From assembly GCA_965279525.1 (NCBI GenBank), contig CBDIIB010000003.1, positions 96,001-160,000 of the forward strand: a DNA stretch of 64,000 nt, read 5' to 3'. The translations under genes and the position numbers were made by a program. Source of the DNA: Tagaea sp. (GTDB lineage Bacteria > Pseudomonadota > Alphaproteobacteria > CACIAM-22H2). The notes beneath the pieces are model-generated. The model worked only from the letters and a program-made list of their open reading frames with translations. It searched no databases and was not told the origin of the DNA. How positions within the stretch are numbered: position 1 is the stretch's first letter; every line of letters starts with the position of its first letter. This document shows positions 46,717 to 55,571 of this stretch, piece by piece.

Positions 46717-48252
46717 ATGGGAATGAATCGCGGCTTCCGAGTCTTCGTCCTCGGGCTTATGGCCGGGGGCTCGATGGCCTGCCTCGCGCAGGCACAAACA
46801 CCAGTACGGGGTGGCACCTTAACCGTGGGCCATTACCAAGGCATGCAGACCCTGGATCCGGTGCGTTCCAACGACCTGTCGGAACGAGATATCCTTTATC
46901 TGCTCTACAATACGCTGGTGAGCTTGGACACCGACTTCTCGGTGAAACCGGAGCTGGCGGAGAGCTGGCGGTACGAAAATAACGGTTTGCGCCTCGTCCT
47001 CAAGCTGCGCCCCGGCGTAAAGTTCCAGGACGGTACGCCGGTCGATGCCGAAGCGGTGAAGTGGAATTTCGACTGGCGACTGAATCCGGACTCCAAGTCG
47101 CCGCAGCGCCCAGCCCTGTCGGCATCCGTCGATTCAGTGAGCGTTCTGGATCCGCTGACGGTCGCGATCAACATGAAGGTCGCTGATCCTGGTCTGCTGG
47201 GTCTGCTTGGGCAGCGCGAGGGCTACATGGTCTCGCCGACTGCCGCCCAGAAGGCAGGAGACGATTTCGGCAACCAGCCGGTCGGGAGCGGCCCCTTCAT
47301 TCTGCGCGAATGGGTCCGCGGCAATCAGTTGGTGGTCGAGCGGAACCCGAACTATTGGGAGGCCGGAAAGCCCTATCTCGACAAGATCGTTCTGCAGAAT
47401 ATCGCAGGATCGGTCGTCGGCTTGCAGCGCCTGCGAACCGGTGAGATCGATCTGATCCCGACACTCACGGCGCAGGACGTCATCCCGCTCCGGGCTGCGC
47501 GCGACATCAAGCTTGATAAGGCCCCTGCCAATCGCTGGTACTCCCTACAGTGGCAGATCGACAAGCCGCCCTTCGACAATGCCTTGCTGCGCCGGGCAAT
47601 CGCTCATGCGATCGACCGTAAGAAGCTGGTCGACATCGTCATGTTGGGACAAGCCCCGATCTCGGAGTCTCCGACGCCGGAAGGCCTTTGGTGGCAGAGC
47701 CCGGATGTCAAATCTCTCGCCTACGATCCGAACAAGGCGCGCGAGCTTCTGAAGCAGGCCGGGTATCCGAATGGTCTGTCGATCGCGCTCGCCTCGCCGC
47801 AGCGGACGCCGGACTCCCAGATTTCCGAGGTCATTCAGGACCAGCTTAAGGCAGTCGGCATCACTGTGACCCTCGAGCCGGTGTCGAGTGCGGAGTTCTA
47901 TCCGCGGACGGTTCGCCGGCAGATCAACTTCACACCCATGAACTGGACGCAGCGCCCGGATCCGGATGGCCTGTTTCGGTTTCTGTTCTACACAAACGCG
48001 GCACAGAACACGACGGGCTATTCGAGCAAGGAACTCGACACGCTACTCGACCAGGCGCGCGCCCTGACCGACATAAACGCGCGCAAGCCGCTATACTCCA
48101 AAGCCCAGCAGATCATTGTTGACGATCTGCCATACGTACCCCTGTTCTTCGCGGTCCAGTATCTCGCGCGCAGAGATACGGTGCAGGGCTTTACGTGGAT
48201 CCCCGATCAGATCCCGCGTTACAAGGACGTCTGGAAGACAACCGGCAAGTGA
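46717..48252 (+). CDS. ABC substrate-binding protein, family 5
   Basis: Sec signal peptide, GGTLTVG, TLDP, PELAESW, KFQDGTPVDAEAVKWN, PVGSGPF, RNPNYW..GKPYLD. Confidence 0.93.
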   Translation: MGMNRGFRVFVLGLMAGGSMACLAQAQTPVRGGTLTVGHYQGMQTLDPVRSNDLSERDILYLLYNTLVSLDTDFSVKPELAESWRYENNGLRLVLKLRPGVKFQDGTPVDAEAVKWNFDWRLNPDSKSPQRPALSASVDSVSVLDPLTVAINMKVADPGLLGLLGQREGYMVSPTAAQKAGDDFGNQPVGSGPFILREWVRGNQLVVERNPNYWEAGKPYLDKIVLQNIAGSVVGLQRLRTGEIDLIPTLTAQDVIPLRAARDIKLDKAPANRWYSLQWQIDKPPFDNALLRRAIAHAIDRKKLVDIVMLGQAPISESPTPEGLWWQSPDVKSLAYDPNKARELLKQAGYPNGLSIALASPQRTPDSQISEVIQDQLKAVGITVTLEPVSSAEFYPRTVRRQINFTPMNWTQRPDPDGLFRFLFYTNAAQNTTGYSSKELDTLLDQARALTDINARKPLYSKAQQIIVDDLPYVPLFFAVQYLARRDTVQGFTWIPDQIPRYKDVWKTTGK

Positions 48253-48262
48253 CGTCAACCAG

Positions 48263-48294
48263 GCCGGATGCCGCGAAGTAGAGCGGCATCCGGC
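48263..48294 (+). terminator. Perfect 12-bp stem hairpin after the SBP gene
   Basis: GCCGGATGCCGC-GAAGTAGA-GCGGCATCCGGC. Confidence 0.6.
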
Positions 48295-48352
48295 ACTTGG
48301 TTTCGAAAGACCCGCGATTTAAACAGCTTTCTGGCCGCACGAAGGAAATAGC

Positions 48353-48859
48353 TTGGCCGGCGACGATTGTTATCCGCCGCTCGACCTGAGCGCGCCATTT
48401 GATCGATGCAGAGAGAAAGTTCTCGCTGACTGGGTCGATGCAAACCAGCATATGAACGTCGCCTACTACATGGTCGTTTTCGACCGCGCGACAGAGGTTT
48501 TTCTGCAGCAAGTGGGCGCAGGAAAAGCGTATACCGAATCAGGCTGCGGAACGGTATTCGCACTCGAAGCGAACATCCGATATGAGAAAGAGCTTCGGCT
48601 GGGCGATGACGTGCGGATCACGACTCGCCTTGTAGATCGAAGTGCCAAGCTCCTGCACCTCCTGCACGCGATGTATCACATCGGAACTGGCGATCGCGCC
48701 GCGACGATGGAGATTCTGCTGCTTCACGTCGATCCGAAAGTCCGGCGCGGCTCCGTCTGGCCGACCAACCTTGCGGAAAGATTTGAAAGGATCCATGTCG
48801 CACATCGCGGACTGCAGGGGCCGCAGGACGCCAACTTCAAAATCGGCATTCGCGCATAG
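48353..48859 (+). CDS. Acyl-CoA thioesterase, hot-dog fold (4HBT/YbgC-like)
   Basis: DWVDANQHMNVAYY..FD motif, LEANIRYEKELR.GD. Confidence 0.85.
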   Translation: MAGDDCYPPLDLSAPFDRCREKVLADWVDANQHMNVAYYMVVFDRATEVFLQQVGAGKAYTESGCGTVFALEANIRYEKELRLGDDVRITTRLVDRSAKLLHLLHAMYHIGTGDRAATMEILLLHVDPKVRRGSVWPTNLAERFERIHVAHRGLQGPQDANFKIGIRA

Positions 48860-48927
48860 CGCCCGGACAATTATTGACGCCACGTCCGGCGAACCATGCG
48901 CGTGTGGCCATCTGCCGATCTGGGTGG

Positions 48928-49953
48928 CTAGAGCGAAACGACGATCTTGCCGAAGTGCTCGCCCTTTTCGAGCTGAGTGAAGGCTTCGCGAAGCTCCGAG
49001 AACGGGAAGGTCCGGTCTATGATCGGTGATTCATGATGAACGTCGAATTCGCGCATCAATTCGGCAAGCATCTCGCGGGATCCGACGGTGATCGATTTTA
49101 TGCTCACTCCCTTCGCGATCAGATCCTTGGGCGGAAACGCGCCGGTCAGATTGCCGATTACATGTATCTGACCGCCCGGCTGCACCGCCTTTATTGACTT
49201 TCCGATGGTACCTTCTCCGCCGACCTCCACGACGTGATCGACGCCTCGACCGTCCGTCAACCTCAGTACTTCAGTTTCCCAATCAGGGAAACTGGCGGTG
49301 CTGATTGTTTGTGACGCGCCGAGTTGGCGCAGGCGAGCCGCCTTCGATTCATGTCGGGTTGTCGCCAGAACATGTGCGCCGCGCATCCGTGCGAACTGGA
49401 GCGCAAATACCGAAACGCCACCGCTGCCGAGGACAAGGACACTTTCGCCGGCCTTCATGCGGCCGACAGATACGAGGGCATGCCAGGCAGTCACTGCTGC
49501 GCAGGGAAGGCATGCTGCCTGCTCGTATGACAATGCCTCGGGGATCGGCAGGACATCGTTCTCGTGGCACAGGAGGTACTCGATGGCGGTTCCGTCTATA
49601 TCACCGCCTCTGGAAAACCAACCGGTGCGCTCGCTTGTTTGGGGGCCGGTGTACCAACCCTGCATGTAGACAGGTACGACGCGGCTGCCGGGATAGAGCG
49701 TGGTGACGTCGCGCCCGATCTCGATCACTTCGCCTGCGCCGTCGGAGAGCGGAACAAGGGGGAGTCTGGGCGCGCGCCCATAGGTGCCCTTGATGATCTT
49801 GATGTCCCGGAAGTTCAGCGATACAGCCCGCATTTGGATCAGGACGTGACCCGGAGGCGGGGGTGGTATGTCGCGGACACGTCGCCGGAGGCCGTCATAC
49901 CCCAAATGCTCCAGCACATACGCATCTGCCGTTCGAGTATTCGGGCCAGACAT
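48928..49953 (-). CDS. NAD(P)-dependent MDR oxidoreductase (alcohol dehydrogenase-like, zinc-independent)
   Basis: AVSLNFRD, PLSDGAGEV, ACLPCAAVTAWHAL, GSGGVSVFALQFA, GVDHVVEVGG, HFGKIV. Confidence 0.9.
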   Translation of the reverse strand: MSGPNTRTADAYVLEHLGYDGLRRRVRDIPPPPPGHVLIQMRAVSLNFRDIKIIKGTYGRAPRLPLVPLSDGAGEVIEIGRDVTTLYPGSRVVPVYMQGWYTGPQTSERTGWFSRGGDIDGTAIEYLLCHENDVLPIPEALSYEQAACLPCAAVTAWHALVSVGRMKAGESVLVLGSGGVSVFALQFARMRGAHVLATTRHESKAARLRQLGASQTISTASFPDWETEVLRLTDGRGVDHVVEVGGEGTIGKSIKAVQPGGQIHVIGNLTGAFPPKDLIAKGVSIKSITVGSREMLAELMREFDVHHESPIIDRTFPFSELREAFTQLEKGEHFGKIVVSL

Positions 49954-50026
49954 TCCAAACTCCTCCACAAAGCGCGCAATTCGAGCGCGCATGGAATTTC
50001 AACCGGGTTATGCGTATTTGTTGTTG

Positions 50027-50044
50027 CGTTCTTTTTTTGGCACG
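50027..50044. promoter_or_regulatory. Island operator motif copy (CGTTCT-TTTTTT-GGCACG)
   Basis: In the MDR/TAXI divergent region; more degenerate than other copies. Confidence 0.45.
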
Positions 50045-50138
50045 ATATCATAAAATGAGACAGTTTAGATGGCTACTCCAGAAACGACACCCGCACCGAA
50101 ACGGCTCGGGGGCAGGGGTCCAGATGAGGGCAATGGAA

Positions 50139-51155
50139 ATGAAAAAAATACTTGCAGGCTTCGCTGCGGCGGCCGTCATCTTCAGTGGCTATCCCGCGAA
50201 GGCAGATTTCCAGGACAACCAGCCGATTTCGATTACGACCTCGGGTGCGACGGCAACGGGGTTTGGTAGGGCGGTCGTGGAGGCCCTGAATGCCATCGTC
50301 CGGGACGTCTACCCCGGTTCCACGATGACATTCAGGCCGAACACGGGGGCTGGCGGCCTTGTCGATCTGATGAACAATGATGCCCAACTGTCGCTGGGCG
50401 TGACGAACGTGGAGATCCCGATTGCCCTCGAGGGCCAGCCGCCTTTCGAGCAGCCGATGAAGGGGAAGCTCTCCTTCGTCTTCAACGGGTTGCCAGGCAC
50501 GAAGTTCTTCTTCATCGCCGAGAAGGCCTGGGCCGAGAAGGCCGGCGTCGTGACGCTTGAGGACTATGCCAAGAAGAAACCTCGGGGCACGATGTCCGTA
50601 AGCGCCCGTGGAACGCTTTATCTGAATATCATCGCGGACTCGCTCCTGAAGCAGGGTGGCGCATCGATCGAATCCATCGAGAAGCAGTGGTCGGGATCGC
50701 GCGTCGCGTATCTCCCCAGTGCGCGCGGCGTCGACGAACTCAAGGATGGCAAGATCGACTGGCAGATCGGCGCAGCATTCCAGCCGTTCCAGGCGATCAA
50801 TGAAGTCGCGCGCAGCCGGCCGCTCGTTTGGCTGAAGGTACCGGATAGCTATCTAAGCGCGGTCGCGAAAGAATACGATCTCGAGATCGTTACCTTTCCG
50901 AAGGGCTTCTACAGCTTCCTCGATGAGGACGTTAAGACGCTTCGCATCGATCTTGCGATGCTCGCGGCGACATCCGTATCCGAAGAGGCGGTCTACAAGT
51001 ACATGAAGGCCGTCGGCAGCCGGCTCGACCGATTCCGGTCGATCCATCCTTCGTATAGCGAGGTAACGCTCGAGGAACTTGCCCGCAAGCCGCGGAGCGT
51101 CCCCTATCATCCGGGCGCGGAGCGGTACTTCCGTGAAGCTGGGGTTCTGAAGTGA
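50139..51155 (+). CDS. TAXI family TRAP transporter solute-binding subunit
   Basis: Sec signal MKKILAGFAAAAV..AKA; C-terminal VSEEAVYKYMKA..HP....VPYHPGAERYFREAG. Confidence 0.88.
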   Translation: MKKILAGFAAAAVIFSGYPAKADFQDNQPISITTSGATATGFGRAVVEALNAIVRDVYPGSTMTFRPNTGAGGLVDLMNNDAQLSLGVTNVEIPIALEGQPPFEQPMKGKLSFVFNGLPGTKFFFIAEKAWAEKAGVVTLEDYAKKKPRGTMSVSARGTLYLNIIADSLLKQGGASIESIEKQWSGSRVAYLPSARGVDELKDGKIDWQIGAAFQPFQAINEVARSRPLVWLKVPDSYLSAVAKEYDLEIVTFPKGFYSFLDEDVKTLRIDLAMLAATSVSEEAVYKYMKAVGSRLDRFRSIHPSYSEVTLEELARKPRSVPYHPGAERYFREAGVLK

Positions 51156-51156
51156 G

Positions 51157-51201
51157 ATGAAGACGATGGCCCCGCGACTTCGTCGTGGGGCCATTCTTCA
51201 T
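51157..51201 (+). terminator. Long hairpin between TAXI SBP and permease genes
   Basis: ATGAAGA..ATGGCCCCGCGAC-TTC-GTCGTGGGGCCAT-TCTTCAT. Confidence 0.6.
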
Positions 51202-51246
51202 TAGTCGGCAATAAGTAAACCGCTTTCGACGTTTCGGTGGACATCA

Positions 51247-53205
51247 ATGACCAGTGCGACTTCATTCCGTCAATTGGTGTTCCGCTATATCGACGAAGGC
51301 CGGTCGGTGAAGTTGGATGGCCCCGCGCGTATACTGGTCGCGATAATTTCCGTCATGATGGCGGTGTATATTTTCCGATACGCCTTCTTCTCGATTTCCA
51401 GCCTGCATCTCCACGACGCAATTTTCCTGACCGGCATGCTTCCGATCGTCTTTCTGACGACATCGGCACATACCGGCCGGACCGACCGAAACTGGATCGA
51501 CTGGGTGTGGGCGATCGGTGCAATTCTTGCGAGTAGCTACTTCATCTTTAATTGGCGGTTCTACGAAACGATGATCGAGGGCGTCACGCGAATTTCCAAG
51601 CTGGAAGTCGCGATGAGCGTGGTCATGACGGTCTTCGTCATCGAAGCTTGCCGTCGAATTGTAGGCTGGGGCTTGACCGGAACATGCGTACTTCTGCTCG
51701 CATATGTGGCGTACGGCGAGCATCTTGGCGGCGCTCTGGGGCACACCCCGATAAGTCTGGAGTACTACGCGCGTCGGATAACCGTGTCGGACGATGCGCT
51801 GTTTGGGGTGACCGTCGAGGTCGCTGCGACATATGGGTTCCTGTTCGTCTTCTTTGGCAGCATCTACCATCGTGCGGGTGGAGGTCAGTTCTTCTTTGAC
51901 TTGGCCAGCGCCCTCGTGGGGCGGACGAAAGGTGGCGCAACAAAGGCATGCGTCGTTTCAAGCGGGATCTACGGATCAGTCTCGGGCAGTCCGACCGCTG
52001 ACGTCATGACAACCGGGCCGATCACGATTCCCATCATGCGTCGTAGCGGCGCGACGGCAACGCGTGCCGCGGCTACAGAAGCCGCAGCGTCCTGCGGCGG
52101 TGCCATCTTGCCCCCCGTGATGGGTTCGGTGGCATTCCTCATGGTCGAGTACACGGGGATCCCCTACCGCTCGATTGCATTGGCCGCAACTGGCATCGCT
52201 ATTCTTTATTATCTCGGTGTCCTGGCGATCACGCACCATGAGTCAAGCTATCTGCGCGAAGGACAGCTTCAGGAAGGCGACGTGACGCCACTTGCGAAAG
52301 TCCTGAGGCGCGACTTCCGTCTGATTTTCCCCGTCTTCGCGCTGCTGTACCTGATCGAAGCAGGATACTCGCCGACGATTGTCGCGGCCGGCGCCTCGGT
52401 TATCGGAATTTTGTCCAGCTATCTGACGCCCGATCGAAAGCTCTGGGTGACGCCTGGCGCGCTACTCGAATGCTGCATCGAGACTGCTGTTCGCATTAGC
52501 GGACTGACCGCTGCTTGTGCTGCTGCCGGCATGGCAATCGGGTATCTCGATATGAGCGGCTTGGTTGGAAAGTTTAGCTTTATCCTGTCAGTCGTTTCCG
52601 GCGGAAATTTCGCACTGGTAATCATCGCCGCTGCGGTGCTCTTGATCATTCTTGGCCTGGGGCTGCCAACGGCTGCCGTATACATCATGGGTGTGGCATT
52701 GGTGGCGCCGGTGCTGATTGCCGATTACAAGCTTTCGGTAATGACAGCACATATGTTCATGCTGGTTTTCGCATGCATGTCTGCGATTACTCCACCGATG
52801 GCCGTAGCTGCAATGGCTAGCGCCGCACTGGCTGGCGCAAATGCCGATCGTGTTGGATATTACGGCTGTCGACTTGCTTATGCCGGCTTCCTGCTGCCCT
52901 TTCTTTTCGTCGTACGACCTGAACTTCTTCTCGAAGGCGCGACCAGCGATATCGTAGCGACACTTGTCGCCGCATTCATAAGCGTCTTGGTCATCAGCTA
53001 TGCTGTTGCCGGTACTGTTCGGCAGTCACGGATTCACTGGACGGTTAGGGTTCTGCTTGCCGTTGCCGGGTTTATAATTCTTGTCCCCGGGACGTCTGCT
53101 CTGGTCGTGAGTATCGTATTGCCAACGGCGATGATGTTCGCATTGATCAGGTGGGCATCTCAAGCCGACGCACGTGCGATCCGAGACGGCGGCACGGTCC
53201 AATGA
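51247..53205 (+). CDS. TRAP transporter fused permease (4TM/12TM)
   Basis: EACRRIVG, GG.TKACVVSS..GSVSGSPTAD..TTG.ITIP.M, GG.ILPPVMGS.AFLM, LGLGLPT.AVY, SAITPP.A.AA. Confidence 0.92.
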   Translation: MTSATSFRQLVFRYIDEGRSVKLDGPARILVAIISVMMAVYIFRYAFFSISSLHLHDAIFLTGMLPIVFLTTSAHTGRTDRNWIDWVWAIGAILASSYFIFNWRFYETMIEGVTRISKLEVAMSVVMTVFVIEACRRIVGWGLTGTCVLLLAYVAYGEHLGGALGHTPISLEYYARRITVSDDALFGVTVEVAATYGFLFVFFGSIYHRAGGGQFFFDLASALVGRTKGGATKACVVSSGIYGSVSGSPTADVMTTGPITIPIMRRSGATATRAAATEAAASCGGAILPPVMGSVAFLMVEYTGIPYRSIALAATGIAILYYLGVLAITHHESSYLREGQLQEGDVTPLAKVLRRDFRLIFPVFALLYLIEAGYSPTIVAAGASVIGILSSYLTPDRKLWVTPGALLECCIETAVRISGLTAACAAAGMAIGYLDMSGLVGKFSFILSVVSGGNFALVIIAAAVLLIILGLGLPTAAVYIMGVALVAPVLIADYKLSVMTAHMFMLVFACMSAITPPMAVAAMASAALAGANADRVGYYGCRLAYAGFLLPFLFVVRPELLLEGATSDIVATLVAAFISVLVISYAVAGTVRQSRIHWTVRVLLAVAGFIILVPGTSALVVSIVLPTAMMFALIRWASQADARAIRDGGTVQ

Positions 53206-53308
53206 AGTGCCTCGCCGGATCGAATTACAGCATTTGGACGAAAATCCATCTGGGCGAGTAACAGCGGAATTGGTTCAGACCTCGATCTCAGAATGAACAA
53301 TCAGGAAG

Positions 53309-54565
53309 GTGAATATGTCGAGCGAAATTCAGATTGACGCGAATGCCGAGGCACCGAGTTCGCGCCGTTGGGTAGACCAGCGTTGGGTCCTGGACAACGT
53401 GATCAGCTCTGTCGGGATCGACTGGGACCAGCCGCGCTCGCTGTACTTCAATGGCGCATGCGGCATCGAATCAAATCCAGACTTCGCTGCGATCCGTCAG
53501 GGCGTCAAGAAATTTGCGGACATAGGTCCTGCATTTGAAGCAGCGGCGCGTCGCCGTCAGGCCAAGGCGATTGCCGCTGAAGACGCTGGAGAGCTTGTCA
53601 CCGCTCGCGACAACTACTTCATGGCGGCCATTCAGTGGGGGGCTGCGCAATGGCCGCACAATGCGGTCAACGCAACAAACGTGAACTGCAACAAGAACAA
53701 GCGCGAGTGCTATACGTCTTATGCCCGACTGGCAGCCCACAAGGTCGAAGAAGTCTGGATCCCGTTCGGCCAAAGCAAAATTCCGGCCTGGTTCCACCTT
53801 CCTCCCGGCTATACGGGCGGCCGGCTTCCGCTAGTGGTTTCGTTCCCCGGACTGGATACGTTCAAGGAAATCTTCGTGTCCTTGTCGAACGACAGATGGC
53901 TGTCGCGTGGCATGGCAGTGCTTGTGGTCGATGGACCCGGACAATCCGAGTCTCGAATACTGGGGCATAAATTTTCGCTGGCCGGATTCATCGAATTGGC
54001 TCCGAAGCTGCTCGACTGGGCGATCGCGAGACCGGAGATCGACAAGGACAAGATTGGAATCTTCGGCAACAGCCTTGGATCCCTTATTTGCACTGCCATT
54101 ACTGCCAACGAGCCACGCCTTAAGGCCTGTGCCGTATCGTCGATCTGCTTCGAGCCGGGGCAGAAGACAATGGTCGAGGCAGCTTCACCGACCTACAAGC
54201 GTCGTCTCATGTACATTTCCGGGTATACAGACGAGGCAAAGTTCGACGAATTCCGGCGCAGCCTAACCTGGGAAGGGTATGCCGAGAAAATCCGTGTGCC
54301 GTATATTGCCCTGGCAGGTGAGCACGAGGAGCTTTGCCCTCTGGAAAATGCGGACAGGATGCTGGCAAGCATGAACTGCCCTCGGCAGTTCGTGGTCTAC
54401 CAGGAGTCCCGTCATGCGGTGGGCTATGTTCCGTCCGCAAACCTCGGACCGTATCCGACCACGCTCGTCGCCGACTGGATGGCGGCTAGACTTGCCGGTA
54501 AGCCGATCACGAGCGAGCGCTGGTATGTGCACAAGGACGGAAAAGTCTCGAAAACCCCTATCTAG
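53309..54565 (+). CDS. Alpha/beta hydrolase, FrsA / 2,6-dihydroxypseudooxynicotine hydrolase-like
   Basis: N-terminal helical cap (TARDNYF.AA), IPAWFHLP, PGLDTFKE, RGMAVL.VDGPGQ.ES, RPEID..KIG..GNSLG. Confidence 0.8.
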   Translation: MNMSSEIQIDANAEAPSSRRWVDQRWVLDNVISSVGIDWDQPRSLYFNGACGIESNPDFAAIRQGVKKFADIGPAFEAAARRRQAKAIAAEDAGELVTARDNYFMAAIQWGAAQWPHNAVNATNVNCNKNKRECYTSYARLAAHKVEEVWIPFGQSKIPAWFHLPPGYTGGRLPLVVSFPGLDTFKEIFVSLSNDRWLSRGMAVLVVDGPGQSESRILGHKFSLAGFIELAPKLLDWAIARPEIDKDKIGIFGNSLGSLICTAITANEPRLKACAVSSICFEPGQKTMVEAASPTYKRRLMYISGYTDEAKFDEFRRSLTWEGYAEKIRVPYIALAGEHEELCPLENADRMLASMNCPRQFVVYQESRHAVGYVPSANLGPYPTTLVADWMAARLAGKPITSERWYVHKDGKVSKTPI

Positions 54566-54576
54566 CCAGGTCGCCG

Positions 54577-55563
54577 ATGCCGAAGAAAATCCATGTCTCT
54601 TTGAGTTGCGGCGACTATGAGATCACGCGGCCACTCATCGATGGGCTGGTCAGTCCCGAAGGCGTGGATGTCACCGTGCTCTCGGCGTCGACTTCTCGGG
54701 ACCGGCAATGGCGGCTCGGGCGGAATGCCGAGTGCGACGTCGGGGAGCTGAACGCTTGCGCATATTTCATGGCGCGCGAGAGAGGGCACCCCTATATCGC
54801 GCTGCCCGTCTTTCCGCATCGTCGCTTCCGGCATGGGTTCATCTTCGTGAATCCGGACAAGGGCATAACGAAGCCGTCGGAGCTTGCTGGACGAAAAGTC
54901 GGGGTGGAAAGCGGCTTTCAGCCGGCCGCGGCGGTCTGGGTCCGGGGGATACTCGGCGACGAGTACGGCGTTCCACACCAGGAGATCACGTGGGTCACTG
55001 ATCGTGACGAGGATATTCCGTTCACGCCGCAGGCAGGACTTCGTATGGAGCGCGCCGAGCCTGGGTCTTTGGACAGGATGCTCGTAGCTGGCGAGATCGA
55101 TGCACTCATTGCGCCTGGCTACCCGCAATCGTTTCTCGCAGGAAACAAGAATATTCGCCGCCTGATTCCCGACTTCAAGTCAGCGGAAGTGGACTACTAC
55201 AAGCGCCGTGAGATTTTCCCGATCATGCATCTCGTCCTGATCCGGGAAGAACTGGTCAAGAAGTATCCTTGGATCGCGCCGAACATCGCATTTGCGTTCA
55301 ACGAGGCAAAGCGCATCGGCTACGAGCGCTTCCGGAATCCGCGGGTAGCGCCCCTGGCTTGGGGAACCAGTGCGTGGGAAGAGCAAGTCGCCCTGATGGG
55401 CCCGGATCCCTGGGAGTACGGTTTGACGCCACGCAATCGGGAGAACTTGAAGACACTCATCCGATATTGCTGGGAGCAGGGCCTAATCCGAGAGCAGCCG
55501 TCAGTGGATGACGTCATTCTGAATGTCAGCAGCGAAGTCCTACGGGGAACCTCTGGCTTCTAG
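54577..55563 (+). CDS. 4,5-dihydroxyphthalate decarboxylase-like protein (periplasmic-binding-protein fold, no signal peptide)
   Basis: SLSCGDYEITRPLIDG.V.PEG, LPVFPHRRFRH, AAVWVRGIL..EYGV, IFPIMHLV, MG.DPW.YG...N. Confidence 0.82.
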   Translation: MPKKIHVSLSCGDYEITRPLIDGLVSPEGVDVTVLSASTSRDRQWRLGRNAECDVGELNACAYFMARERGHPYIALPVFPHRRFRHGFIFVNPDKGITKPSELAGRKVGVESGFQPAAAVWVRGILGDEYGVPHQEITWVTDRDEDIPFTPQAGLRMERAEPGSLDRMLVAGEIDALIAPGYPQSFLAGNKNIRRLIPDFKSAEVDYYKRREIFPIMHLVLIREELVKKYPWIAPNIAFAFNEAKRIGYERFRNPRVAPLAWGTSAWEEQVALMGPDPWEYGLTPRNRENLKTLIRYCWEQGLIREQPSVDDVILNVSSEVLRGTSGF

Positions 55564-55571
55564 GACGACCG

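Noticed and set aside
48263-48294. REP element family (stem resembles enterobacterial GCCGGATG...ATCCGGC)
   Set aside because: Only one copy seen in 64 kb and no RAYT transposase; treated as a single hairpin.
53309-54565. Nicotine degradation cluster
   Set aside because: The architecture is reminiscent, but no 6-hydroxynicotine oxidase-type amine oxidase or 2,6-dihydroxypyridine hydroxylase is recognisable in the island, so the substrate is left unassigned.
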